Below, one piece after another: positions 33,806 to 47,309 of a DNA stretch of 64,000 bases. Origin of the DNA: Lama guanicoe. Taxonomy: Eukaryota. The stretch is taken from the NCBI GenBank assembly GCA_013239625.1, contig MU054338.1, positions 5,060,724 through 5,124,723 of the forward strand, given 5' to 3'. Within the stretch, counting starts at the first letter, position 1. The number at the start of each line of letters is the position of its first letter. The notes below the pieces were generated by a model, which saw only the letters and a list, made by a program, of their open reading frames with translations, made no database searches and had not been told where the DNA came from. The position numbers and the translations under genes were made by a program.

Positions 33806-34469
33806 TGTTGTATAGTAAAGAATCTTATGGGTTTTTGTCTCAGGCTCCTGGCAGGGAGCATCTAAACCCTTGGAATTGATCAAATGATGGAAGTGTCTTT
33901 GTTTTTCATGGGGCCCCCTTGGACCACACCTGAGTTTAGACTGAGGAGATGGCTCAGGGTGGGGCTGAAATGAGGGACGGGCCTCTGGAAAGTAGAGTAG
34001 GGCTGGAGATGGAGTGCAGTTACATGGCCAATGATTTGATCGGCTGTGCCTTCCTAATCAAACCCCAATAAAAACTCTGGACATCAAAGCTCAGAGGAGC
34101 TTGCAGGCTGGTGAATGCGTGAATGTGACGGGAGGGTGACTTGTCCTGATTCCACAGGAACAGGACACAGGAGCTCTGTGTTTGGGACTCACCCCATGGT
34201 TCTCTTCATCTGGCTAGTCTGGACTTGTGTCTGGTATAATAAAACAGTCCACATAAGAATAGCGCTTTCCTGAATTCTGTGAATCACTCTAGCAAATTAT
34301 GGTACCTGAACGGGGAGTTGTGAGAACCTCCAAATTTGTAGTCAGTTGGTCAGAAGTGTGGGTGGGCTGGGGGCTCCCAAACTTGTGACTGGTGTGTGCA
34401 GTGAGGGCAGGCTTGTTAGAAACTGTGCCCTCAATCTGTGGGTGGCATCTGCACTCACTTGGGGTGGCA
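33806..34469 (+). mobile_element. Solo LTR (MER21-like) inserted in an MLT1 LTR (about 33750-34845)
   Basis: TG...CA termini, 5-bp TSD GGAGA at 33801-33805 and 34470-34474, internal AATAAA. MLT1 sequence continues on both sides. Confidence 0.75.
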
Positions 34470-35852
34470 GGAGATCATTCTGGATCATCCAGTGGGTCTT
34501 AAATGCAATGACAGGTGTCCTCAAACAAGGGAACTAGAGGGAGACTTGACTCAGAAAAAGAAGGCAATGTGGCCACTAAAGCAAGATGTTACCCTGCTGG
34601 CTTTGAAGATGGAAGAAGGGGCCAGGAGCCAGGGAATGTGAAGAAAGCAGCTCTACAAGCTGGAAAAAGCAAGGAAACAGATCCTCCCCTAGAGTTTCTG
34701 AGGAAGCCTGGTGACACCTTGAATTTAGCCCAGTGAAATTAATTTGGAACGTCCAACCTCCACGACTGGAAGAGAATAGGTGTGTATTGTTTCAAGCCAC
34801 CAAGTTGGTGGGCGTTTGTTACAGCACCAGTGGGAGACTCATACACTCCTCCAAGTGGACTGTCTGGAAACCCATCAGTCTAGGAAACAGTCCACTAGGT
34901 AAGTTATCTGTCTGGACCTGGTCAGTGCCTGAAAGGTTCCACCTAGCCAGGCAGTTTGGGTGGTATTCCCTCCTCTTCCTACTCCATGGATGCTTTCAGG
35001 GCTGGGCAGCCTGGGGTCTCCCAGCAGCTTTGGTTTTGGACTCAGCTCTGCCCAAATCTAGAAACTGCTAGCCTGTCACTCCGCTCAGTTGGATCTGTCT
35101 CCACTGGAAATTCTGGGAGAGCCCTCAGGTCCCCAAGAAGGGAGCAAGAAGCTTTGGGAGTGCAGGGTAAATTCAGATCAAAAGTCCCCAGTAGATAAAG
35201 CCAGGCTGTGTGCTTCCCACACCCCGCAAATGGGTTCAGCCATGCCCTACCCTTTCCAACACCCTCTGCCTACAAAGCCCTTCCTCCCCAGCTCACATGC
35301 TAAAATCCTATTTTTCCTCAAAAGTCCATCTTCTCTGGATGTATTTCCTCAACACCCCCACAACCCAGGTGCCCAAGGCAGAAGGGACCTGCTCATCCAG
35401 GCAGCCCCCCTCCCACACATCTCAGGGCATTGTGCCAGGCTGCCTGTAATCGTCACAATGGGGTGACAGTCTCCTCAAGGAACAGGGCCACTGCTACAGT
35501 ATCTCAGCACAGGTCCTCTCCCTGGGGACACAAGTGGCCCCTCCAAATTCATCACATGACACTCCTTCATGCATTGCTCAGTCGACTCACTGGTCACATT
35601 GTTCCTATGCCAGCTAGACCAGAATGAGGAGGTTCCCAGAGGGTGAGGATGGGGTCTGACTCATTCCCGTGTCCCCACTGCCCTACAGCCCTCATGGCCC
35701 AATGCAGGTTAGTCACTGAGTTTTGGGGGCATGTTGGGCCCTGAAGGTCACTTACAGAGCTCAAGGCCACTCACAGGGATTATATCAGGGTCTCTGAGAT
35801 AAACCTTAGAACAGCTGGCCAGAGTAAGGAGCCAAGATTCATTTCTCAAACA

Positions 35853-35858
35853 TTTATT
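35853..35858 (-). terminator. CLEC4G polyA signal AATAAA
   Basis: TTTATT on + strand, about 390 nt past the stop, in an L2-tail-like context (AAACATTTATTGA). Confidence 0.6.
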
Positions 35859-36249
35859 GATGCTCCCTAGGCTGCGGCTCTGGCCGCAAAGAAAGCTCAC
35901 AAAATGCCCATCTGTGAGGCGTCCCATTTAGGGTAAAATGCAAGTAAACCAAACAGCTTCATCGGTCAGTTGCCTGACCTTGGCTAGGGAGGGGGTGGGG
36001 TCAGATTTCTAGCCCAGGAGCCCAGATTTTGCAGTGGGTGGAAACTAGGTTATATCCACGTGTGAGCATTGCAGAGGTTGGAGCAGAGAAGTTCCAGAGC
36101 TCAGTTACAGTCCTGGGTTGTGGGTGGTGGGGTGGTTCTCCGTACAGGGGGGGGCCGGGGATCGATGGCAGTGCGCGGAGCCAGGACGGTGAGCAGCTCA
36201 GACGATTGGACAAGTGCCAGTGGGCGTGGCTCTGGGGCACTGGGCAAAA

Positions 36250-39030
36250 TCAGCATTGGTGCCTCTTCTCACAGATCCAGCTGTCGTCCTTGCTGTCGCA
36301 CGGTGCGTCGTTCCACATCCCCGTGCGTAGCATCATGATGCAATCCTCGCGCCCCAGAGAGTCATTGGGCTCCCCCCGATTCCAGTAGCTGCAGTGGGTT
36401 GGCGGGGGGCGGGGGGTGTGCTGGGAGCTAGGCTGAGGATGGCCCTGGGGTCCAGCTTTCCCGGGTCTATCCTGTTTACTGCTTAGGTAACCTAGACATC
36501 TTGAAGGTCTAACCTAAGCACGAGTCTGGGATATAACTTTCTAATCCCAGAATTTAACCTACAGGAAGTTCCTGAAATCTAGCCCGCCCACCCCTAAGGA
36601 GGCCCTGAGATCTGGCACTTTCCCTAGGATCGGAGCTGTCAGCCTCCCCGAGACCCTTTCCTCACCTGAAGCTGAGCGAGACTCCGTCCACCCACTGGTA
36701 ACCCTGGATCTTGCGCGCCCGGCGTACTGCCCTCAGTCCCAGCCAGTAACCGCGGCCCTGCGTGTTCCGACTCAAGAAACCCTGGGCAGGAGAGGAGACT
36801 GAGTCAGCGAGTCAGTCCCGCTCCGCCAGCGCCACCTTCCGGGCCACGTCCCCTCAGGTGAACTCCGTCTGCCCCCTCGGACCACCGGGGCTGCGCACCT
36901 GCTCATCCAGGCCCCCGACAATCACCAGGTGCGCGCCGGCGCGCTCGCAATGATGCTGCGCCTCCACCCACGTGGCCCGCAGCGGGGAGAAAAGGTAACA
37001 GGAGCCCTGGAACGGCAGCCACGACTTGGGGCACTTCTCGCAGGAGCCTGCGAGGTGACGAGGGTCAAAGAGGTGCTCCCAGGTGGAGCCGACGGAGAGG
37101 ACTGGAGAGGGGGTGATTGGACCCTAGGGCCCAGGGGCGGAGCCACTGAGACCTGGCCAAGTTCAAAGGGCGGGGCCGGGCGGATCAGGAAATCCGGGGG
37201 CCTAAAGGCAGGGCCCACTTGTCCTCTCCCCTCTCCCCTCCCTGCCTCCGGATCCTGCTCACTATTCCCGAGCCGGATTCCCTCCAGCGTCCGGAACAGC
37301 TCAGTGCGGATGTTTTCACGGTCTCTACCGGCTTCAGCCAAGCCCTGGGCCACTGCCAAGTAAAGGGAGTCCAGATTATAGCTAGGACCACGGTCAAGAG
37401 TAGGGTCATGATTAGATAAGGTCAGCGTCCACGTCCGTGGTCAGCATCAAGGTCAAGAATGACATCACGGTCAAAGACTGTTGTAGCTGGGTAGGGCCCG
37501 GTTGTGGTTGGGGTTAGGAGTTGCAGTCAAGGTCAGAGTCAGGATGGGGGACACGACTGGGATCAATGGTCAGGATCACAGGATAGTGTGGGGGTTACAG
37601 AGGAATCCGGAGGTGAATCAAGGGTCGGGTAAGAACCGGGGTGAGAGGTCAAGGGTCGTGGCATGTTCCGCCCTCACCGCGCTCGCTCAGTTCTTTCAGG
37701 GCGCTCTCCTGCTGGATCACCTTGGTCTGTGCCTCCCCAAGCTGAGTGCGCAGGGTCTGCAGCTGCGCCTGAGTCCCCAGGCCTGGGAAGGACGGCGAGG
37801 TTGGGGGCGGGACTTCTGAGACCAGCCCGCCCCGCCCCGCCCCTAGCCGCCTCGAGCCCCGCCCCCAGCTGCCACAAGCCCCACTTCCACTCGCTACCTC
37901 CAGTTCCCGCCATGAGCCCCATGCCCTCGGCCCACAAGTCTCACAGCAGCTATTGCAGGCTCGGACATCCTCCTTCAAGGCACCCAGCACCGTTGTCTGC
38001 TTCGAAGCTGGAATGATTCCCAGTCCGACCCACACACGCCAGGTCACCCTGGAAGTCTCACGGGACATCCTGCCCCACTGAGGGGCCAGCCTCGCGGACC
38101 GTGGGGTCCCCACCCACTCACCCGCCACCCGGTCGCCAGGGCCCAAGACCCTACCGCCCTGCAACCCCGGAGACCCAAGGGCCCCAGTTCCGCACGCACC
38201 GTTTGTCCTCAGCAGGTCCTGATGACCTAGCAGCGCCCCGCGCTCCGTGGAGGCTGCGGAGAGAGGGGAACTCGGGAACTCTCCCCTCGCCCAGGGGCGG
38301 GGCTGCGGGGACCCCTATCATGGGATGTACAGAGGGGGCGGGGAGGCGTGTAGCACACATGTCGGTACACACACAGCGACAGGAGACATACATATTGGGA
38401 CACACACACATTCATTCGTGCATATGCACACACATGTAAGTGCACACAAACTGTTCACACGTGTTCACACTCAGAGCCAGGCAGGGATCCGGGACCTGGC
38501 TGATGTGCCCTGGGGCAGAGGGAAGGTCTATGTTGCCAGCGGGGCTGGACATAACCTCCCTCATCATCCGTCACTCACCCTTGGAAAATAGGATGCTCAG
38601 AATGAGGACCCATAGGACTGTGACAACCACGAGAGCCAGGGCCAGGAAGAGGGGTCTCTGTCCCCAGCGTCCCCAGTGCCCTGAGATAACACAGATGGAC
38701 TCCTGAGTCCCTCCTGTACCAGGATCCCGAGCTCGAGGACTGAGCCCTAGAAGCTTGGGTTCCTCTCAGGAAACAGATTCAGAGAGGTACAGTAACGTAC
38801 CTGTGGTCACACAGCCGCTCAGTGGCAGAGTTGGAATCTGAATCCAACTCCAGCTAGCTCTCTGGCATGTGGTGTCTCTCCCACACCCACTACTTAGGCC
38901 CTCTCTTGGCTATTTCTTTCCCTTCTCCCATCAAACCCCAAACTACCAGCCAGAGAGGGACCCCCTGACTCATACCTCCAGGGACCTCCTGCAGTCTGCC
39001 ATCCCACTTGCTGTATCCGGCAGTGTCCAT
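36250..39030 (-). CDS. CLEC4G: C-type lectin domain family 4 member G (LSECtin), 290 aa
   Basis: Exons (minus): 39030-38976 (MDTAGYSKW), 38680-38579 (TM), 38253-38200, 38007-37945, 37782-37678, 37352-37263, 37047-36899, 36781-36666, 36388-36250. Total 873 nt, GT-AG and in phase. YSKW motif, CNSCC neck, YWLGL, EPND, WND. Confidence 0.96.
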
Positions 39031-39204
39031 GGTGAGCAGGCGCCCAGCTCTGGGCAAAGATGTAAATGTAGCCCCATCCCTCCTTCCACCCCGCCCACTC
39101 TCCCTTCCTTCCCATCTCCTGAGTGTCCGTTCTCAGTATCAGGAACCCAGTGACCAATCACAGTGACGGACCCTTGCTGGTCTGGGCTGGAGTAAGTGTT
39201 GGGT

Positions 39205-39365
39205 GGGGTGGGGAAGTGGGGAGTTGAGGGGGACAGAGGAAGTGGAAGGGACGGGAAGTGAAGTGTGTGTGTGCGTGTGTGTGTGCGTGTGCGTGTGGCA
39301 CTCCCAGCCTCTTTGGCCTGGTTGCTGTAGCAGCATCTCCAGGCCACTTATCCCAGTCCCGATAG
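39205..39365 (-). promoter_or_regulatory. CLEC4G: CLEC4G proximal promoter with an ETS (GGAAGT) cluster, TG repeat and GATA motifs
   Basis: GGGAAGTG at 39211, GAGGAAGT at 39236, GGGAAGTG at 39253, (TG)n at 39263-39297, CTTATC at 39347. Confidence 0.45.
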
Positions 39366-40364
39366 TCACCAGGCACACAATCCAGTGACAATCTCTAGGT
39401 TGTGCTGGGGCATCACTTTGCAGCTTGGTCCTCATCTCTTATAGGTCCGATCCTGGCCTTCCTCCTGAGAGGGCAGGCTGAACCTGGCAAAGTTGTGGCC
39501 GCTCCCTGTGGGTCCCTGAGAAAGCCCTCTCAGGCATGCCCCCACCCATAGCAGCTCAGTTTCCCTCCTCAACTCCCCTGCAGGTGCCTGCCAGAGGCTA
39601 CGTCTGACCCTGACCATTCAATCCTCTTCATCCAGAAGGTAGAACACAGATGATTGTTGAACTGTGGTCAGCTAAGCCTCTGGACTCTCCTATTGTGTGG
39701 GTGCATAAGGTATATATATGCAGCTTCTAGAAGCCTCCGTTTTTCTCCTCTGTGCAAAGGAGGGCAGTGACAGGACTTTCCTCCAAGGGATGTTGTGATA
39801 AAGAAATGAGGTTATGCTCAACAAGTCTTGATGCCATCACCAGACACAAAATCCACCAAAGGTCATTCTTTCAACTAATACTGGACACCTACCACGTACC
39901 AGGCATCCACCAAGGAATTGGGGATGCATCGATGTCCCAAAGAATCCAGTTCCTTCCTTCTTCGAGTTAACATTCCAGTAAGGGGTAGGGAGAGACAGAC
40001 AGCAAATAATGAACATAATTAAAAAGTAAGGTGAAGGGGTCCGTACAAGGTAGCTGCTAGTATTTCTGCTGTTGGCATTGTTATTATCTTTCTGTGGTTG
40101 CCACGTAAGATCAACAGGGACCTCTAGTTAAATGGATTATCCATGTTCAGGGAGAGAATCTGCTAGAAAAGGTTTCTAAAGTTGTTGATTTGTAGCCCGT
40201 TTCCCCAGGTAGTAACTAAAAGGATGATTATCAAGGTGATGCTAAAACTGGATTAATCCAAAGCTCAGACAGGAAAGGTGGCTCACCCAACGCTACCCAG
40301 CCAAGAGGTGCTGGTGTCCTGACCAAAGCCACGTTCCTCCTGCCCCAGCTACTCTTCTCTTAGT

Positions 40365-40855
40365 TATTGTGGGAGACTGAGAGATGCGGGCCAGCCTCTC
40401 TCTGTGATGTGACTTTGTTACTCCTCCCATCAAGTGGAGTCAATTTCCTCTCCCTTCTGAAGCTGGACTACCCACTTGACTCATTTTGACCAATGGGTGT
40501 ACAGAAGCATCACCATGTGACTTCCATGTTGGGCCCCAGCATGCTTTGCAACTTCCATCTCTGTGCTCATGGGATGCTGCGGATGGCCTGGTTAGAGAGC
40601 CCGGCTTAGCGCAGTGAAGATGGGAGGCCACGTGGAGGACAAAGCAGTCCAGCTGGCAGCCAGCAGCACAGCTACTCTTGGCTCTGCCAGCCATTCCAAG
40701 TGCCATCTGAATGCAACACCCCAACCAATTCTAAGTGAGACCAGGAAAGGAGCCACCCAGTCAACCCGTGGAATTGTGAAAACTAACAAATCACTGGTTT
40801 TAAGCCACTAACTTGTGGGGTGGTTTGTTATATTGCAGTAGGTAACTGAAATAGC
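40365..40855 (+). mobile_element. Old MaLR MLT1 LTR
   Basis: CTCCTCCCATCAAGTGGAGTC..TTTTAAGCCACTAA..GGGGTGGTTTGTTA. Confidence 0.6.
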
Positions 40856-41274
40856 TGTAAAGATAAATGAGCGTACATTTGCACTCCAAGCAAAGGTAAC
40901 AGTTTTGGGGCCTGAGGTGCGTGGGGAGGGGAGCCGCTTTCCCAGGCAGTGGGTGTGTCAGGGAAAGTTCCAAGGCTGAGAGGGGACAAGCAGTCTTTTC
41001 CTAAAAAATGGGTTTTGTTTATGCTTTCTACTATTTTTGGTTTAAAGGCGTGGTACTGTTTACTAGTTTACAGTCAAACTGCCTGGGTTTGAATCCCAAC
41101 TATACCACTCACGAGATGTGTCATCTCTGAAGGATGGATGAACGTTTCTGTGTCTCGGTTCCCCATCTATAAAGTGGGATGGTCATAGTCATAGTTCCCT
41201 CCTCATTGGACTGTTACGAGTTTATCTGAGTTAAAATGTGTAAAAGCTCTTTATACTTGGCAGTTGCTGCTGGG

Positions 41275-42030
41275 GTTTTTTTGTAATTGAAGTATAGTCG
41301 GTTTAGTGTTGTGTTGGTTTCTGGTATACAGCATAGTGATTTAGTTACATACATATATATATTCTTTTTCATTACAGGCTATTACAAGGTATCAAATACA
41401 GTTTCCTATGCTATACAGCAGGACCTTATTGTTTATCTATTTTATGTATAGTAGTGTGTATCTGCAAATCTCAAACTCCCAATTTATTCCTCCACCCCAC
41501 CTTCCCCCTCTGGTAACCATAAGTTTGTTTTCTATGTCTGTGAGTCTGTTTCTGTTTTGTGAATAAGTTCATTTGGGTCATTTTTTAAGATTCCACATAC
41601 GAGTGATATCATATGGTATTTTTCTTTCTCTTTCTGGCTTACTTTACTTAGTATGACAATCTCCAGGTCCATCCATGTTGCTGCAAATGGCATTATTTCA
41701 TTCTTCTTTATGGCTGAGTCGTATTCCGTTGCATATATATTCCACATCTTTATCAAATCATCTGTCGATGGACATTTAGATTGCTTCCATGTCTTGGCCA
41801 TTGTAAGTAGTGTTGCTATGAACATTGTGGTACATGTATCTTTTCAAATCAGAATTTTCTCTGGGTATATGGCCAGGAGTGGGATTGCTGGATCCTATAG
41901 TAAGTCTATTTTTAGTTTATTAAGCAATCTTCATACTGTTCTCCATAGTGGTTGCACCACAGTACATTCCCACCAGCACTGTAGGAGGGTTCCCTTTTCT
42001 CCACACCCTCTCCAGCGTTTATCGTTTGTA
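41275..42030 (-). mobile_element. L1 3' fragment (ORF2 C-terminus plus 3'UTR)
   Basis: ORF 41532-41825 reads [27 protein letters not shown], the end of L1 ORF2. Confidence 0.9.
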
Positions 42031-42267
42031 TATTCTTTTCCTCTTCAATTATTTCACCTTTTATTTAAAAAAAAACTCCCTGCTCTTATTTTCTTTTAGT
42101 TTTTTCTTTTTTTGCTTTTTAAAAACTAATTTATTACGTGAAATCCTTATTAATTCCTTCACTTTTGGTCCCTTGTTATCTCTCTCCTTTCCCGTTCTCT
42201 CTTTCTTTTTACCCCCTTGGTTAAAACAAGTCTTTAAGTTTTTTTGTGAGAACAACTTTCATGCTTT

Positions 42268-42890
42268 TGAGGAAGAAATAACAAAATGGCAGCGCTTAGG
42301 CTAATTAATTCCTGGCCTTATACTTGCCGTTTGCTTTTGAAACAGTCACCAAATCTGAGTGGCCGGACACTGCCCCAGCCCCAGGCCCACGGTCACAACC
42401 AGAGCTGGAGTAGGAGTTATTCATTTTCCTGCTTGTTTCACCTCACTCTGGCAACTGAAATTTACAATCATGCATGGATTCTGAGTCCTTCCCCTAGGAA
42501 GTGACTCACCAGATGACAACCTTAGGAGAATGACCAGACCCTCCGAAGTCCCTCCGGTGCCTGATGAGTCTGATCAGATAAAGAAGGTCGCGGGCTGATG
42601 ACCCTCCCGACCACCGGACGGTCCCATGATGCCGGTCAGACTTGCCAAGTTTCAGGAGGAAGCTTCATCAGAGACTTGTTGATTGCTATCCCCTTTTACT
42701 CTCCAATTTGTTCACTATATAATCACTAAGCCCCAACCCTAAGACGGGCTCACCGTGTTGAAGGCACTAGCCTCCTGCGAGCCCCCTTTGCCCGGCAAAG
42801 CAGTAAAGCTGCCTCTTTTCTTCTAAGCTCCAAAACCCGGTCTCTGAATTCCTTGACTAGCCAGGGACAGGGGCAGATCTTTCGGCAACA
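42268..42890 (+). mobile_element. ERV1-like solo LTR, 623 bp
   Basis: TG...CA termini, 4-bp TSD CTTT on both sides, TATATAA at about 42716 and an AGTAAA polyA-like signal at about 42802. Confidence 0.75.
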
Positions 42891-45649
42891 CTTTCTCACC
42901 AAATGTCATTGTGGCTGTGTTATTTTTTAATTGAATTATAGTTGATTTGTAATGTTGTGTTAGTTTCTGGTGTACAGCATAGTGATTCAGCTGTACACAT
43001 ACATATTTTTTCATCTTCTTTTTCATCATAGGTTATTACAAGCTATTGAATATGGTTTCCTGTGCTGTACAGTCATTGTGGCTTTAGATTGTATTTAGAT
43101 AGACGCCTGGAGATTTTGAGTATCCATTGTGTGTTGATTAACTCTTCTGGTTTGCTTTTCTATAAATTGTATCCTTTTTCCGTCTTTTGCTATCAGATGG
43201 TTTGGGTTTGTTTTTTCTTATTAATTTTTAGAAGTTGCTTAAGTATTAGAAATACAAAGGTAACTATCACCTTCCACATGGTGGCCGGTCTTTCCACTTC
43301 CTTACGGGCCTTCTGGGTGCTCATGAATGAGTAGGGAAAACTTGATGGGCACACACCCTGAAACAAATGAGGAATAATCTAGTTGCAGAGGCAGCCACGG
43401 TCTAGATCCCAGTAACCTAGAGTAGCCAAAAGCAGAAACCACTTGAGATTCACAGTGCCATGGCGCACGTGTATGTAGGGATGTGTTTTGCACACATCAG
43501 AGAGGATGCCTGTGGTGCAGAGAGAGGATGTGAACAGTCGGCAGTGCTCAGAGGCCAATGCACAGCTGACAAAGGTTATTTTCCACAAAATGGGAGGGTC
43601 CCACTCCTCTTCCTAGAAGTCCCCTAGTTCCGAGACACAAGACCCATCTTGCCTTCATCATCAGAAATGGAACCCACATCAAAAGGTGCTAACATAGGGA
43701 ACTATATTAAATATCTTGTAATATCCTTTAATGAAAAAGAATATGAAAATGAATATATATGTATGCATGACTGGGACATTATGCTGTACATCAGAAATTG
43801 ACACATTGTAACTGACTATACATCAAATTTTAAAAAAAGCGCTGACAGCTGTCTTAACAGCAGGAGGTTACTGTGAGGCAGGGAGTTCTGGAAGGGCACA
43901 CCCTCCTGGGTCTCTCAAATTCAGTGGCACTAGGAGGGATGAGGGCTCAGTGGGAGGAAATGGGAAAAAACCCACAGGGATTGCGCAATCTCATCAGAAT
44001 ATGTTTTGGGGAAATGATTTAACTGGAATTGAATTGTCAGTACTTACGAAGGAGTAACAGTGAATACAGAGGAGTTTTTCTGCAAGAGGTAGCATTGGAA
44101 GTGGGCCATAAAGGACACGTGCGGTGCTGACAGAAAAAGGAGAAGGGTTTGCATGATGGACACAGCCAAGGCAAGCACAAGGAGACAGGGATATCTCTCT
44201 TGCATATACCTGGAGCTGAAGCTGCTTTGGGGAGGTGGAGGAAGATGTCCAGTGTAGCAAGGCAACCAGAAGGCTGCCCACCCCCTGTCCTGGGCCCAGA
44301 ATTTGTCACCAGGGAAATAAAAGGGGAAACGAGGTTCCAGGCATGAGGCTGGTACAGCCCTCTAACCTCTAGCCTTTGTCTGGTACAAGGAAGGGAGATT
44401 CATTTCCAGGGGGCCAGGTAGGTGGGGAAGTTGTCATCAAGGATGTTGAAACAATGTGACAAGTCTGGAAGGCACAGGGAACTCTGAGAACCACAAGAGC
44501 CATCTGACTCAGCCTGGAGGATCCAGGAGGGCTTCCGGGAGGAGGTGATACCTGGAGAAAAAGCCAGAATTATTCCAGAGGATGAAAGAGTGTTCCCAGA
44601 ATGATATTAGCACTTGGCAAGATTAAGAGAGGAGAGGGAATGGGACTCCTCAGAGAAGCTGAGATTAATTCAGGGACAGTAGTCTGGGGCTGTGGTGTCA
44701 GCTGGGGCCAGATCATACAAGGACTTGAATGGTGGAGATAAGGGGTTTGGATTAATGTAGGAAGAAGGTGAAAGTCACAGGATTTAGCCCCAAGGCCAAG
44801 CCCACTCTGTGGTTTCCATTCTCTCTAGAGACGGAAAGCTCTCTACCCACTGGGGAACCTAGCTCAGTGCAGAGGGTATCATGCTTTGGTTTCTACTGTT
44901 AGTGTTGGCTTTGCTTTTTTATTGTTATTATTATGAAATCAATTAAGCACACACAAAAGTATGCAGGAAACAAACATGAAAACCCACATGCCTTCCACCC
45001 AGCTTTATCAAGTATTTCAGATCCTATTAAGCGTAAATAAATCACCACTGACAGTCCCCTGTGCCCTCATCTTGTCTTATTTCTCTCCCTTCCCCAAGGC
45101 AACCGCCTAAACTTGGTGTTTATCATATTAAAACACATGTTAATTACGGATGCATTTAGACAATCTGTTGGGTTGTTTTGCACATCTGGAAGTTTATCTA
45201 AGCGGTATCACGTGGCCTGCATGCTTCCAGAATTTATTTTTGTCCCCTTCACATTACAGTTACTAAATATATCTATTCAACACTCATTCTTCATAAATTA
45301 AGAGAAAAGATAACCACCAGAAAACAAATGCTGAAGTAAACAAAGAACAGGTTGAAACTTCCTTCATTCGATAAGTGGCAATTTCCGGAACCCACAGAAA
45401 TGTCTTACTTGCGAATTGTGAGAACCGCTTTTGGTAAAATCAAGAACAAAATAAAGATGCTTATCTTGCTTATTTTCCAGTGCAATAATAAATAAGACCT
45501 ATAAATGTTGGAAAGGAAGAGTAAAAGTTGACAATAATCATTTTTTCCAGAAAGTTTAGGGATTTAACTTCTGGGCTAATTAAGGGATGCAGCAAGATTA
45601 CTATCCAAAGAAAGCAGCTTCCTTTTTTTTTTTCCTTTTTTTTTTGGAC

Positions 45650-46245
45650 CTTTTTTAAAATTGAAGTATAGTTAATTTACAATGTTGTGTTACTTTCAGG
45701 TGTACAGCAAAGTGATTCATATATATATATATATATATATTCTTTTTTCAGATTCTTTTCCATTATAGGCTATTAAAAGCTATTAAACATATTGTTCCCT
45801 GTGCTGTACAGTAGGACCTTGTCGTTTATTGATTTCATATGTAATGTTGTGTATCTGTTAACCCCAAACTCCTAATTTATCTCTCCCCACAACCCCTCCC
45901 CACCTTTGGTAACCAGAAGTTTGTTTTCTATGTCTGTAAGTCTCTTTCTGTTTTGTAAATAAGTTCATTTATATTATTTTTTTAGATTCCACGTGTAAGT
46001 GATACCATATCATATTTGTCTCCGTCTGACTTACTTCACTTAGTATGATAATCTCTAAGTCCATCCATGTTGCTGCAAATGGCATTATTTCATCCTTTTT
46101 ATGGCTGAGTAGTATTCCATTGTATAAATATACCACATCTTCTTTATCCAATTATCTGTTGATGGACACTTAGGTTGTTTCCAAGTCTTGGCTACTGTAA
46201 ATAGCGTTGCTATGAACATTGGGGTGCATCTATCTTTTTGAAAGT
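45650..46245 (-). mobile_element. L1 3' fragment with a (TA)n tract
   Basis: ORF 45969-46151 contains [25 protein letters not shown]. Same 3'UTR as the element at 41275. Confidence 0.9.
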
Positions 46246-46561
46246 TTTGACTATTCTAAGTACTTCATGTAAGTGGAATCCTAAATAGATATTTTGAGTC
46301 TTTAAAAAAAAACTTTTAATTTGGAAATAATTTAAAATGTAGAGGAGCTACAATGGTAGTCCAGAGTTCCGTGCACCCTTTATCCAGCTCAGCTGCCTCT
46401 AATGTTATCATCTTACATAACCATTGTCACAATGAGGAAGTTCATGTTGGTAAGATACTGTCAACTAAACCACAGACTTCATTAGATTTCATGTGTTCCC
46501 CCTGGTGTCCTTTTTCTGTTATAAGGTCTCATCCAGGATCCCATGTTGCGTTATATAATTT

Positions 46562-46916
46562 TGTTAGTTTTCTCCGACTGCCATCACGAAGTACCATACG
46601 CTGAGGGGCTTAAACAACAGAAATTAATCTTCTCACTGTTCTGGAGGTTGGAAGTCCAAGATCAAGGTGCTGGCAGATTCGGTTTCTGGCGAGGGCTCTC
46701 TCCTGGTCTTACCTTCTTTCTGTGTCCTCACATGGCAGAGGGAAAGAGAGCTCTGGTGTCCCTTCCTCCTCTTCTAAAGACACTAATCCCATCCTGAGGA
46801 CCCCACTTTCATGGCTTCATCCAACCTTAATTACCTCGTCCAAATACCATGACACCAGGGGTTAGGAATTCAGTATATGAATTTGAGGGTGGGGGACAAA
46901 CATTCAGTCCGTAACA
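46562..46916 (-). mobile_element. MLT1A-type LTR
   Basis: GGCTTAAACAACAGAAATT..GGAAGTCCAAGATCAAGGTG..CATTCAGTCCGTAACA. Confidence 0.75.
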
Positions 46917-47309
46917 GCGCTATAATGACAGCCATGGGGTGCTGTGGTTGGGAATAATTAGCAAAGCCTTTTAAGCTGATCTTTTTGTCCGTGGGGGTCT
47001 AGAAATTTCCATCTGATTTCAATAGGAAAGAATGAAGGCAGGATTGCCCTGGAGAGGACAGCTGTCCAGGAGATAAGGTAGAAGATGGTCATTGTTGACA
47101 ATTCGAGAAGCATCTATTACTGAGAATCATGGCACCGTTTCAGGAAACCAGATCACCCTTGTAGTCATGCTGGTGACAAGAGAATGCCCTCCCAGTGTTC
47201 CCACCTTTGGCAGGAACCTGTCATTTGAGTGATGGAGTCAACCTCCCCAGAAGTCCACATGCGCTGACCAGGATGGAGGGGATCTTGTGCAATACTCACT
47301 TCTTTTCCA

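Noticed and set aside
41532..42099. ORFs resembling hypothetical proteins
   Set aside because: L1 ORF2 remnant and its antisense frame.
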